Shown: piece by piece, positions 21,991-30,638 of the stretch
Position numbering within the stretch: position 1 is the first letter of the stretch
How the letters are laid out: every line of letters begins with the position of its first letter
From: Nitrospirota bacterium
Lineage (GTDB): Bacteria > Nitrospirota > Nitrospiria > JACQBZ01
NCBI GenBank assembly: GCA_016201865.1
Contig: JACQCA010000025.1
Span: 3,551-67,550, forward strand
Reading direction: 5' to 3'
Length of the DNA stretch: 64,000 nucleotides
Notes under the pieces: model-generated
What the model was told of the DNA's origin: nothing
Databases searched by the model: none
Seen by the model: the letters and a program-made list of their open reading frames with translations, nothing else
Made by a program: the position numbers and the translations under genes

Positions 21991-24060
21991 ATGAAACGGC
22001 TCCGGTTTGATGTCATCGTCATCGGCTGCGGACCCGCGGGCGCGACCGCCGCCGTGACACTGGCGCGTGCCGGTCTTTCCGTCCTTGTTTTAGAGGCCGG
22101 TGTGTACGCCGGCGCAGAGAACTGGTCCGGCTGCGTCTATTTCGCAGAAAACCTGGCCCGGCCCGACGCCTTCGGAGAAGAGGCCGTTTTAGCCGCTCCT
22201 TATGAACGCCGCTTGGTCCGCCGCGGAATCTTCCTTTATAATGGATTGGATCTCCTCGGACTTTCCTATCACAATTGGGACACCTTCCGGCATTGTTATA
22301 CCGTCCTCCGCCCGGTGTACGACCCTTACTGGGCCGGACTGGCCGAAAACCATGGGGCGATGGTTCTGCCGAAAACCACCGTGACCTCCCTGATCCGCCG
22401 GGGCGGCCGCGTGATCGGCGTCGAAACGGAACATGGACCGGTTTATGCCGAGGTGACCTTCATCGCCGAGGGCGACGCCTCGCATCTCATCCGTCGGGAA
22501 CGCCTGGAGCGCGTGAGCGCTCCGCATTTCATGCAAGGGGTCAAGGCCGTCCTGAACCTTCCGCCGTCGGTTATTGAAGAACGCTTTCGCCTTCTTCCCG
22601 GAGAAGGCTGCGCTTACGAATACCTGATCCGAAACGGCCGGATCGGCGGCCAGACGCTCCATCTGAACATCGGCGCTTTTCTGTACACCAACCGGAATTC
22701 CCTCTCGTTCGGATATGTCGTTCCGCTGGATAATTTAAAGGAAGCCTACCGCGGGGATCACGCGCGGCTTTTGGAATGGCTTCGCGGGCTCCCTCATTTT
22801 CGTTCGCTTCTTTCAGGATCCACGCTGTCGGCCTATGGCGCAAAGCTGATCCGGAGCGGCGGGTTGAAAGAACAGCCGATCTTGGTGGAGGACGGTCTGG
22901 CGGTGGGCGGCGCCGCAACCGGTCTTGGGATCGATCTCCCCTATCCAAACTTTACCGGTCCGGCCTCGGCCAGCGGCTTGATCTTCGCCCGCGCCGTCCG
23001 TCGCCTGCTCTCGGACGGACGACCGATCACGGCCGACCGGCTGCGTCAGGCCTATCTCGAACCGCTTCAGGCCGGCGTCTACGGACTCAACGCGGCCTTC
23101 TTGTCCGATTGGCCGGATTACTTGGAATCCAGCCGGACTCTTTTCGGCCGCTCGGTCGATCTGGCCTGCGGCTCGGTCCATTTTCTGACGCAGCCGAAGG
23201 CCCGTCTACGGCGAACGGCGCGTTTCCTCCGCGGACAGATGACGATCAAGGCCGCGCGCGAGCTTTTGAAAGACACGTTGCGTATGATGCGGGCATCGGG
23301 ACTTCGATCGGCGCTTTCCGGAAGTTTCCGTCTTTCCCTCATGGGTCGTTGGATTGCGAATCAGTTCAGGCCGGATCGAAAAACCGATTCCGGTTTCTCG
23401 ATCACGTTCCTATCGGCGGATGGAAATCCGGCCGAGATCCGAAATCTGCCCTGGCCGCTCCGAGGTCTGCTGGCCCGACTGTCTCCCGGACTGGCCGAAG
23501 GGATGAAAACCGTCTACGCCAATGACGGAAAGCCGATGTCCGAGAAATTTCGAGAAATGACCGAGGCCGTTCTACGGCGACTCAGACTCACGGACGGCAT
23601 TCTTCTCCCCGCCGTTATCCTTTATATCGTCGTCCTGGCCGCGGCCACGGCCTTGCTCGATTTTATTCGGTACTATTTTTTCCGTTGGCCGGTCGAAAAA
23701 GTTTTGGGCGGAGCGGTATCGGACTACCTCCAGGCGCAACAAACGGCGCAGGATCTGGATCAGGTCAAGACGGTCGATTCGTTCGAGACCAAGCTGGCGG
23801 CCAACTCCTATCACATCGGACGACGATCGCATATTCGCGTCCTCTGGCCTGCGGAACCGGCCCGTCACGGCGATTTGGCCCAGTCCCCGCTTTGGTCGGT
23901 CTGCCCGGCCCGGGTTTATCAATACGATCCGCCGTTGATCGGCCGCGGCATCGTGACGATCAATTACGAAAACTGCATCAAGTGTGAAACCTGCTGGCAT
24001 GCCGCGGACGATCCCGTGCGATGGGGACGGCACACCGATCACCGATTAATCTATCGGCCG
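21991..24060 (+). other. Domain module 1 of the giant CDS: ETF-QO/FixC-like FAD oxidoreductase, a hydrophobic membrane-anchor segment (23587-23679) and a FixX-like 4Fe-4S ferredoxin motif (23902-24000)
   Basis: GxGxxG Rossmann at residues 10-15. Helix LLPAVILYIVVLAAATALLDFIRYYFF. Cys at residues 638, 662, 665, 668. Confidence 0.75.
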
Positions 24061-27000
24061 GAATCGGACGCCTTGGACATTCTTATCGCCAAAGAGGCCT
24101 CATCGTCCCGGCCTCATCCGCCCCGAGAAAAATCATTCGGGACGTCGCCCCAAACTCTTTCAATTCTTCGAGAAGCGTTGCCCAAGGAAACGCTTGATGC
24201 GTTGTCCGAATCGGTCGCGTCCGCACTTCAGGCCGTCCGTGCGTTCGAGACCGCGGTGGACCATCTTCCGGCTTCGGCCGATGCAACCCGGCGTGAATGG
24301 CCGCGCAAGATCGGCGTGACGGCATTGCGGCGCATTGAAGATCTTGCCGTCCGGCTCTCCACCGGGGAGGTTCGTAAAATCTTTTCATCTCTTGAGATTC
24401 CGGCCGAGACGCTGACCGAATGGCTCCAGATTTTGGAGGACGACCGCAAGGATCTCGATCACCAACTTTCGATCGGCCAGGAATTCCATGCCCTCTCGGC
24501 CGCGCGCCGAATCCGCGAGGAGGTTCTGACGGATTTAAATGAGATCATGGGGCATCGAACAAGCCCGACGTCCCTCCCGCCGATTTCGGAAGATCGGTAT
24601 CGGACACCGCTCCATGACCGGATCTCGGCGCTGTTTCCGGACCGCATCGTCAAGACGTGGGAAGAGGCCCCGATTCCCCACGATGCCCGAGAACGCCTAC
24701 TGTTTCTGTTCATGGAGCAGGCCGAACGACCGCTTCCACTGATTCGAGCCCTTTCGTCCGTGAACCCCGCACTGGGACTGTTAGCGAGCCGACAGATGGA
24801 AGCGTCGGCGATTCTAAAACAGACCCATCAGCCCCTTCGTCCCGATCTATGCGCCGTGGACGGCGAGGGTCTTTCCATGATGGTCACGCCTCAGGGACTA
24901 AAAATGGACGGAGCGCTTGAACTCGTTCCCCTCGCTTTATCACGCATGTTGCTTCTGACCAAGCAAGATCAAGCATGGATCATCCCTCTCGATCAGGCCG
25001 GGCTCAAAACAATTTCCACACCGGCCATCGGGTTTCGTTCGGCCGGGTTTCACCGACTGGAATTCAACGGCGTCATGGTACCCGGCCCGGCCTTGCCGAC
25101 CGGCGATGCGCCGCGGCAGCGGGCGTCCGGCTACGCCGCCATCGCTCTCGGAGCGGCCGATTATCTAACGCGTCGCGCCAAGGAGCATGCCGAAGGCCGC
25201 GTCCAGTTCGGCCATCAGATGCGGGACACGCAAGGCCGAGACGGGATCGCAAAGCTCGGCGCTGTGAAGGCCATGATCGCACGGATCGAGGCCTGGCATC
25301 TCCTCCTCTCGGTCCTTCTTGATTCCTCCGAACCCCGGCCGGATCTTTATGCGACGATTGCGGCTATGGCCTTCGGTCCGGAGGCGGGACAGATGGGATA
25401 CGACGCCGGGCAGATCTTCGGCGGAATGGCCTATTCCGAGGACGACCTCCTATCCCGCGCCTATCGTGACAGCGCCCTTTTTCGATACCTTTTGCCCGGA
25501 TTCGGCGTCGCGAGCCGTCTGATGAATCGGCTTCAAGGAACGTCCGGCGCGCTTGAATCATTGGATGACGCAACAGCCCGGATCTTCAAGCGGGTTCAAA
25601 ACGGGCCGATGGCGGATGCGGCCGCGCGGTGGAAAGAAAATGCAAGGCGTTGGGAAGCGCTTGCTTCCACAAGCGATCCGGCTAAGGCCGGGGAAGCCGC
25701 CGCGTTGCTTTTAGGATCGCGTCTTGTTTTGTGCGACATTCAGGAACGACTCGAAGCGGGATACTCGGTCGAAGGAGATGCGGCCGCAAGCACCGTGCTG
25801 ATCGGCCTGGCAGAACAGTCGGCGGATGTGATGGATCTCCTTCGCCGCGATGCTCCCCGACCGCCGTTAGCGGTCTTTCCGGAGCGGCCGGATCGGGAAC
25901 GCGTGGATCTTCCGCTGCGCTATGAGGAGATCTGCAATCCCTCGTCCGATCGTCCGGCGCCGCCCTACTCGTCCGGCCGGTATTTGACCGAGGCCTTTGA
26001 TCCCGCGCCTCGTTTTGTCCCGGAGATTCAGATCCATGACCCGTCGCTTCGAAAACGATGGGAAGACTGCAGCGACTGGTTCATTAAAAATTTCTGGACC
26101 AAAAGCTTTGAGGGGATGCATGTCGAGCGTTACGTCGAAAAGATTCACGGCATTCCCAAGGGCGTCCTCTACGGTTTTAAAGAAAACGGTTACTTTTCGA
26201 CGATCATCCCTCAAGAATTAGACGGCGGTGATTGGTGGAAGGCCGAATATTATATCCTGACCGCCGCGGCCGGTCGCTTCGGCGATGCGGGTCTGCTTTT
26301 AGTGATCATGGCCAGCACAAGCATCGGGACGACGCCGATGCTGTTGGGTCTGTATAAAGAGCTTCCGCTCGCGGCGGAGGAACTCGAACCCTTGGCCCAC
26401 GATCCACGACAGCTCGGCGAGATCGGCGGCCGCTTGAACGCCTTGATCGCCGGATTGAAACGTCCGGACCCCGGCCGAATCAAGAAGGACTTCACGGATT
26501 TGATGTCTCTGGTGGATTCGCGCATCCGTCATACCCGGGTCGTAAAATATCTTGCGGCCAACTTCCTCAAGGTTTTTTACGCCGCCGGAATCGCCGGGCA
26601 ACGACGGGATCTGGACGGCTTCGCACGAGGCCTGAAGGAGGCCCAGACCCTTTTCGATCACCTGAACCCGACGATCGGCGAGGCCCTGGCCGAGCTCCCG
26701 CGACGCGAGCGGGCCCATCAATTTTTCTTAAAAAAACTTGGGCATGGCGGAATCAGCGCCTTCGCGCTGACCGAACCGACGGCCGGCTCCGACACCGGCG
26801 GCGTGAAGACCTCGGCCCGGCCGATGAGCCGTCTGCTGACTCCTCTTGAGGATGGACGCTGTCGTTTCAGCTTAACGGAAGGCAAAACTCCCGACGACAA
26901 GTCAGCGCGGTATCTAATCGACGCCGACCGGATTCGGTTCGAGGCCAGACCGGGTTCACCTGTCATGGCGTACGAACTCTCTTCCGGCGAGGTCGTTCCG

Positions 27001-30000
27001 ATCTGCTGTGATGAATACAATTATGACACGGACGAGGGCCTGCGGTATTACCTCTTTGAAAATAAAAAGCGATGCTTTCATGATATCGCGCAAATCCGTA
27101 ACCGTGAAGGAAAACCGGTTTATGACTATTACGAACTGACCGGCGCAAAGATGTGGATTACAAACGGGCATGTGGCGACGCAATTTTGCTTATATGCGCA
27201 ATCCCCGGAGGGCGTGACGGGTTTCATCGTGGATCGTCATGCCGAGGGCCTAAAGGTCGGCGCCGATGAGCGGAAAATGGGGCAACGCGGCTCCCCAACC
27301 AACGAGATCGCGATCGACCAGGTCCGCGTCCCAAAGGAATGCATCATCGGCTACGAAGGCCACGGCCAGGTGAATGCACTTGAGACCTTGAATGTCGGCC
27401 GCTGCGGCCTGGCCGTCGCCTCGATTACGTTGATGCGGAAACTCTTGATCGAGGCGATCGAACAGGTTCCGGCTTCGCGAGAACGGGATGATCGTCTCTG
27501 CGAAGCGGCGGCCATTCTGTTCGGATCCGACTCGATGACATTTCACCTCATCGGCCTGTTTGACCGGCAGACGACCGAATCGGTCCGAATGGAATCGGCA
27601 ATCGCCAAGTACGCCTGTTCGGAAGACCTACACGAACTCACCGCCCTCGTCGAGCAGGCCTACGGTCCGGCCGGGACGACCGAACGGTATCGCGTCGAGA
27701 AGATCCGGCGGGATTCCCGGATTCTCAATATCTACGAAGGAACCAACGAGGTCCAACGTTTCCTGATCTTAAAAGACCTCGTCGCGATGGTGAAGGAATG
27801 GAAGCCGCTCCCGATTCCGGAGGGTTCGGATGCCGAGTCGCGTCTGGCCTTCTGGAAAGAAAGGCTTCGGGACCATGTGAAGACGGCCTCGGACCTTTTA
27901 GGCGACACGGTCTGGATGGACGCGATCCTTCAGCCGACCTACTTCCCGCTGGCCGATATGGCCGGTGAAATCTTCCGTCTGGATTGTTTGACCTACCGGA
28001 TCCGATGGCTCAAAGAAAACCGCGAACGGCTGGGGCCGGATTATACCGATCCCCTCCTCGCCGTGGGTGAGAGAGCCGTCCGGCGATGCGAACACCGCCT
28101 CTCGGCGCTTGACCGACGGTATCACCGAAATGCGGAGCGATCCGTCAGGGGCCTCTACGCATCGGAAGCGGTTGCGGCGGACGCGGCTCTGGAACGGATC
28201 GGGAGGAAGGCTCCGGACGATTCACCGCCCTTTGTCGGACTGAAACGTCCTTTGAATATCCTCTGCCTTCTCCGCCTGACGGCCGAGGTCGCTCCGATCC
28301 CTCGACTCCATGAAGGACGGCTTTCGGAAATCGTCTGGCGGTTCAACCCGACGGATGAGGCCGCGGTCCGTTCGGCTGTCCGATTAAAAGAGATCAGCCG
28401 TTCAGACGTGACGGTTCATCTCGTCATGCCCGGGGAACAGGATAAGGAACGTCATCTTCGATGGGCGCTCGGCAGCGGCGCGGATGCCGTCTACCGGATC
28501 AACGCCCCGGTGACGGCCGACGGACCGGTTTTTGTCGAGGCGATTTCCGAACTTGAAAAATCCGGGAAGTACGACCTGATCCTGACCGGCTCATTTTCGG
28601 AAGACGGCGGGGAACCGCTCGGGCCGTTCGTGGCCGGGGCCGTATCGCGTTTTTTTGCGAGGACTTCTTCAATCGAGGTCGTCAATGACGGGCTTGAACT
28701 CGCCGTAGGAACCGGTCCAAGTCGGTCAAGCCTGCAACTCCTGCCGAAAGAGCCGGTCGTTCTGGCCTGGGAGCGGACCGCGGCGCCGCTTCCGGTCGAG
28801 ATGAACCGATTGATCGAGGGGCAGTTGGCCCGCATCGAACGCCTGTCGGTTCGGGAGAAGATCGTTTCCGATCGGTGGGTTCCCGCTCGAGCCGTCGTCA
28901 GAAAAAGCAAAACGATCCGTGAACTGGCCGGTGTGGCCGATCATCTCAAAACCTATCTGGCCGAAGCTCGCGCGATGAAGGCCGAACCTTATTCATCAAA
29001 GATCATCGAGATGCCGCTTCCGGCCGGGCCGGCGGTCTGGACGGTGATCGAAGCGCTTCAGCCCAAGGCGATTCCGGCCCTCGTTGGCGCGGCAAGTTTC
29101 TTGGGTCGGTCGCTGGATCAAGAAAGTTATGCCGTTGTGCTGGGATCGGAGAAAACCTGGCCCCAGCTTGTGGGTCTGGCACGGGCCCGCGGACTGACCG
29201 GGGCGGTTTGTGTCCCAACTCCCGACGGTCCATTAACCGAATCGGGACGGCTGGAATGGCTCAAAAAATTTGCGGGTCTTGCCCACGACCTTCGGATTGT
29301 ATGCGGTCCAGGCTGGGCCGATGCCCTTTCCTATCAGTCGGGCCGACTCAACGGAAAACGATCCATGCTTTTCACCGACGTGATCGAAATAGACCGGCGT
29401 GAAGGGCTTCTGCTTTACAAGTCGGCCTATCACGGAAAATTACGACGTTCCATCACTCTGACACCGTCCCAGACACCGATGGCGTTCATGACGGTCTCCC
29501 CGACCGCGGATTTCCAGTCGGGCGGACCTTCGTCCCGTTTCACGGCCGCGACAGCCGACAATAAAATACTGGCCGTCCATCCCGACTGGTTCGAGTCAAC
29601 GCCTCCGGTTGCGCAGGATGACTTGACCTCGGCCGAGGTGATTATTGATGTCGGATACGGTGTTCGGAATCAGGAAGGGTTCAGCCTGACGGTTCAACTT
29701 AAAGAGACGCTTGAGCGAATGGGTCTGACGGTCCATCTGGGGGCCACCCGAAAGGTAACGCAGGATCTGAAACTTCTTCCGCTCGATCATCAAATCGGCC
29801 AGACCGGCGTGCGAGTGAACCCGAAACTGATCCTGGCGCTCGGAATTTCCGGCGCGCCGCAGCATATGGACTACATCGGCGACCGCGCCGTGATTTTCGC
29901 CTTCAACAAAGATCCCGAGGCCCCGTTGATGAAATTCAACGAGACCCGTCCGGCCCCGATCATCCACCCCATCGTGGGCGATCTGTTCGAGACGATTCCG

Positions 30001-30027
30001 AAATTAATTACGATGCTGTCTGCGTGA
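21991..30027 (+). CDS. Giant 2,678-aa multidomain flavoprotein. N-terminal ETF:quinone oxidoreductase/FixC-FixX-like module, then a degenerate ACAD-like module, a canonical acyl-CoA dehydrogenase, an EtfB-like module and an EtfA-like module, all in one reading frame
   Basis: Continuous 8,037-nt ORF with recognisable family motifs along its whole length: VIVIGCGPAGATAA (FAD); CPARVYQY...NCIKCETCWH (4Fe-4S); ALTEPTAGSDTGGVKTSA, GAKMWITNG, IYEGTNEVQRFLI (ACAD); NPTDEAAVRSAVRLKE (EtfB); LGISGAPQHMDYIGDRAVIFAFNKDPEAPLMKF...IVGDLFETIPKL (EtfA FAD signature). Confidence 0.9.
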   Translation: MKRLRFDVIVIGCGPAGATAAVTLARAGLSVLVLEAGVYAGAENWSGCVYFAENLARPDAFGEEAVLAAPYERRLVRRGIFLYNGLDLLGLSYHNWDTFRHCYTVLRPVYDPYWAGLAENHGAMVLPKTTVTSLIRRGGRVIGVETEHGPVYAEVTFIAEGDASHLIRRERLERVSAPHFMQGVKAVLNLPPSVIEERFRLLPGEGCAYEYLIRNGRIGGQTLHLNIGAFLYTNRNSLSFGYVVPLDNLKEAYRGDHARLLEWLRGLPHFRSLLSGSTLSAYGAKLIRSGGLKEQPILVEDGLAVGGAATGLGIDLPYPNFTGPASASGLIFARAVRRLLSDGRPITADRLRQAYLEPLQAGVYGLNAAFLSDWPDYLESSRTLFGRSVDLACGSVHFLTQPKARLRRTARFLRGQMTIKAARELLKDTLRMMRASGLRSALSGSFRLSLMGRWIANQFRPDRKTDSGFSITFLSADGNPAEIRNLPWPLRGLLARLSPGLAEGMKTVYANDGKPMSEKFREMTEAVLRRLRLTDGILLPAVILYIVVLAAATALLDFIRYYFFRWPVEKVLGGAVSDYLQAQQTAQDLDQVKTVDSFETKLAANSYHIGRRSHIRVLWPAEPARHGDLAQSPLWSVCPARVYQYDPPLIGRGIVTINYENCIKCETCWHAADDPVRWGRHTDHRLIYRPESDALDILIAKEASSSRPHPPREKSFGTSPQTLSILREALPKETLDALSESVASALQAVRAFETAVDHLPASADATRREWPRKIGVTALRRIEDLAVRLSTGEVRKIFSSLEIPAETLTEWLQILEDDRKDLDHQLSIGQEFHALSAARRIREEVLTDLNEIMGHRTSPTSLPPISEDRYRTPLHDRISALFPDRIVKTWEEAPIPHDARERLLFLFMEQAERPLPLIRALSSVNPALGLLASRQMEASAILKQTHQPLRPDLCAVDGEGLSMMVTPQGLKMDGALELVPLALSRMLLLTKQDQAWIIPLDQAGLKTISTPAIGFRSAGFHRLEFNGVMVPGPALPTGDAPRQRASGYAAIALGAADYLTRRAKEHAEGRVQFGHQMRDTQGRDGIAKLGAVKAMIARIEAWHLLLSVLLDSSEPRPDLYATIAAMAFGPEAGQMGYDAGQIFGGMAYSEDDLLSRAYRDSALFRYLLPGFGVASRLMNRLQGTSGALESLDDATARIFKRVQNGPMADAAARWKENARRWEALASTSDPAKAGEAAALLLGSRLVLCDIQERLEAGYSVEGDAAASTVLIGLAEQSADVMDLLRRDAPRPPLAVFPERPDRERVDLPLRYEEICNPSSDRPAPPYSSGRYLTEAFDPAPRFVPEIQIHDPSLRKRWEDCSDWFIKNFWTKSFEGMHVERYVEKIHGIPKGVLYGFKENGYFSTIIPQELDGGDWWKAEYYILTAAAGRFGDAGLLLVIMASTSIGTTPMLLGLYKELPLAAEELEPLAHDPRQLGEIGGRLNALIAGLKRPDPGRIKKDFTDLMSLVDSRIRHTRVVKYLAANFLKVFYAAGIAGQRRDLDGFARGLKEAQTLFDHLNPTIGEALAELPRRERAHQFFLKKLGHGGISAFALTEPTAGSDTGGVKTSARPMSRLLTPLEDGRCRFSLTEGKTPDDKSARYLIDADRIRFEARPGSPVMAYELSSGEVVPICCDEYNYDTDEGLRYYLFENKKRCFHDIAQIRNREGKPVYDYYELTGAKMWITNGHVATQFCLYAQSPEGVTGFIVDRHAEGLKVGADERKMGQRGSPTNEIAIDQVRVPKECIIGYEGHGQVNALETLNVGRCGLAVASITLMRKLLIEAIEQVPASRERDDRLCEAAAILFGSDSMTFHLIGLFDRQTTESVRMESAIAKYACSEDLHELTALVEQAYGPAGTTERYRVEKIRRDSRILNIYEGTNEVQRFLILKDLVAMVKEWKPLPIPEGSDAESRLAFWKERLRDHVKTASDLLGDTVWMDAILQPTYFPLADMAGEIFRLDCLTYRIRWLKENRERLGPDYTDPLLAVGERAVRRCEHRLSALDRRYHRNAERSVRGLYASEAVAADAALERIGRKAPDDSPPFVGLKRPLNILCLLRLTAEVAPIPRLHEGRLSEIVWRFNPTDEAAVRSAVRLKEISRSDVTVHLVMPGEQDKERHLRWALGSGADAVYRINAPVTADGPVFVEAISELEKSGKYDLILTGSFSEDGGEPLGPFVAGAVSRFFARTSSIEVVNDGLELAVGTGPSRSSLQLLPKEPVVLAWERTAAPLPVEMNRLIEGQLARIERLSVREKIVSDRWVPARAVVRKSKTIRELAGVADHLKTYLAEARAMKAEPYSSKIIEMPLPAGPAVWTVIEALQPKAIPALVGAASFLGRSLDQESYAVVLGSEKTWPQLVGLARARGLTGAVCVPTPDGPLTESGRLEWLKKFAGLAHDLRIVCGPGWADALSYQSGRLNGKRSMLFTDVIEIDRREGLLLYKSAYHGKLRRSITLTPSQTPMAFMTVSPTADFQSGGPSSRFTAATADNKILAVHPDWFESTPPVAQDDLTSAEVIIDVGYGVRNQEGFSLTVQLKETLERMGLTVHLGATRKVTQDLKLLPLDHQIGQTGVRVNPKLILALGISGAPQHMDYIGDRAVIFAFNKDPEAPLMKFNETRPAPIIHPIVGDLFETIPKLITMLSA
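24655..25500 (+). other. Domain module 2: degenerate acyl-CoA-dehydrogenase-like fold lacking the YEGT catalytic signature
   Basis: ACAD-like C-terminal helix region GQIFGGMAYSEDDLLSRAYRDSALFRYLLPG, where canonical ACADs have ...IYEGT.. Confidence 0.55.
26090..27790 (+). other. Domain module 3: canonical acyl-CoA dehydrogenase with the catalytic YEG Glu retained
   Basis: ISAFALTEPTAGSDTGGVKT, GAKMWITNG, GQRGSPTNEIAIDQVRVP, ILNIYEGTNEVQRF. Confidence 0.85.
28240..28850 (+). other. Domain module 4: electron-transfer flavoprotein beta-subunit-like (EtfB/FixA-like)
   Basis: VWRFNPTDEAAVRSAVRLKE...GADAVYRI...DLILTGSFSEDGGEPLGPFVAG. Confidence 0.7.
28990..30024 (+). other. Domain module 5: electron-transfer flavoprotein alpha-subunit-like (EtfA/FixB-like) including the FAD-binding C-terminal domain
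   Basis: QIGQTGVRVNPKLILALGISGAPQHMDYIGDRAVIFAFNKDPEAPLMKF...PIVGDLFETIPKL. Confidence 0.85.
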
Positions 30028-30044
30028 TAATCCGTTAGGCACCC

Positions 30045-30114
30045 GTAGGGGCGAGGCGGTGCCTCGCCCTATCTATGACCAAACAAACAGGGCGACCCAC
30101 CGGGTCGCCCCTAC
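30045..30114. repeat. REP-like element, second family member. GTAGGGG...CCCCTAC outer arms; hairpins GGGGCGAGGC/GCCTCGCCCT and GGGCGACCC/GGGTCGCCC
   Basis: Immediately 3' of the giant gene. Same architecture as 4698-4756 but with different, compensatory stem sequences. Confidence 0.5.
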
Positions 30115-30150
30115 GTAAAACATAAAATTCGATATATTAGGTATCCTAAG

Positions 30151-30591
30151 ATGAATCAGTCCCTTCCCCTCCGTTCTCCCCGCGAAACTCTCGGCGGCTA
30201 TGTATTTCTTCCGCGGCTGATCGACAAGGTCCGGTTGCATGCGGAAGGAAAACTCCCGACGGAATACGTGGGCAATCTCCTTAAACCGGGATTGACACTG
30301 GATGGACGTCTTCTCACCTTCACCGGACTAGATGCAGAGGAATTGCGACGCGCGATTTTAGCCGTGAAGACGGATGAGGAAGTTCTGGTTTGGGTGGAAC
30401 GCCATGCGAAGCCGCACACCAAGACTGAAAAACAGCAATGGATTGCGGAAATCGAGGTTTATCGACCGAACATGGAGTGGGCACAGTGGCGAAGAGCGGT
30501 TTACAAAGAAGTCGCCGCTAAAGTCGATCCGGCCACGCTGAATGTTTTTGATCTGATCGATATGGACGAAGGCCGTGTTCCGATGAAATAA
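30151..30591 (+). CDS. DUF5069-family hypothetical protein
   Basis: LRSPRETLGGYVFLPRLIDKVRLH motif. 146 aa. Confidence 0.55.
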   Translation: MNQSLPLRSPRETLGGYVFLPRLIDKVRLHAEGKLPTEYVGNLLKPGLTLDGRLLTFTGLDAEELRRAILAVKTDEEVLVWVERHAKPHTKTEKQQWIAEIEVYRPNMEWAQWRRAVYKEVAAKVDPATLNVFDLIDMDEGRVPMK

Positions 30592-30638
30592 AAAGACCCA
30601 TTCCATTCCAGTCGTCCACCCGGATGAAAACGGCCGTC

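Noticed and set aside
21991-30027. Possibility that the 8-kb ORF is a chance open frame in GC-rich DNA or a mis-assembly of separate genes
   Set aside because: Five different, correctly ordered protein-family signatures occur in the same frame with no stop for 2,678 codons. Chance open frames do not carry family motifs. Resequencing is still recommended.
30028-30120. Interpreting the two hairpins after the giant gene as a rho-independent terminator
   Set aside because: Neither stem is followed by a U-tract. The element is duplicated with conserved outer arms after era, so a REP-like structured repeat is the better description.
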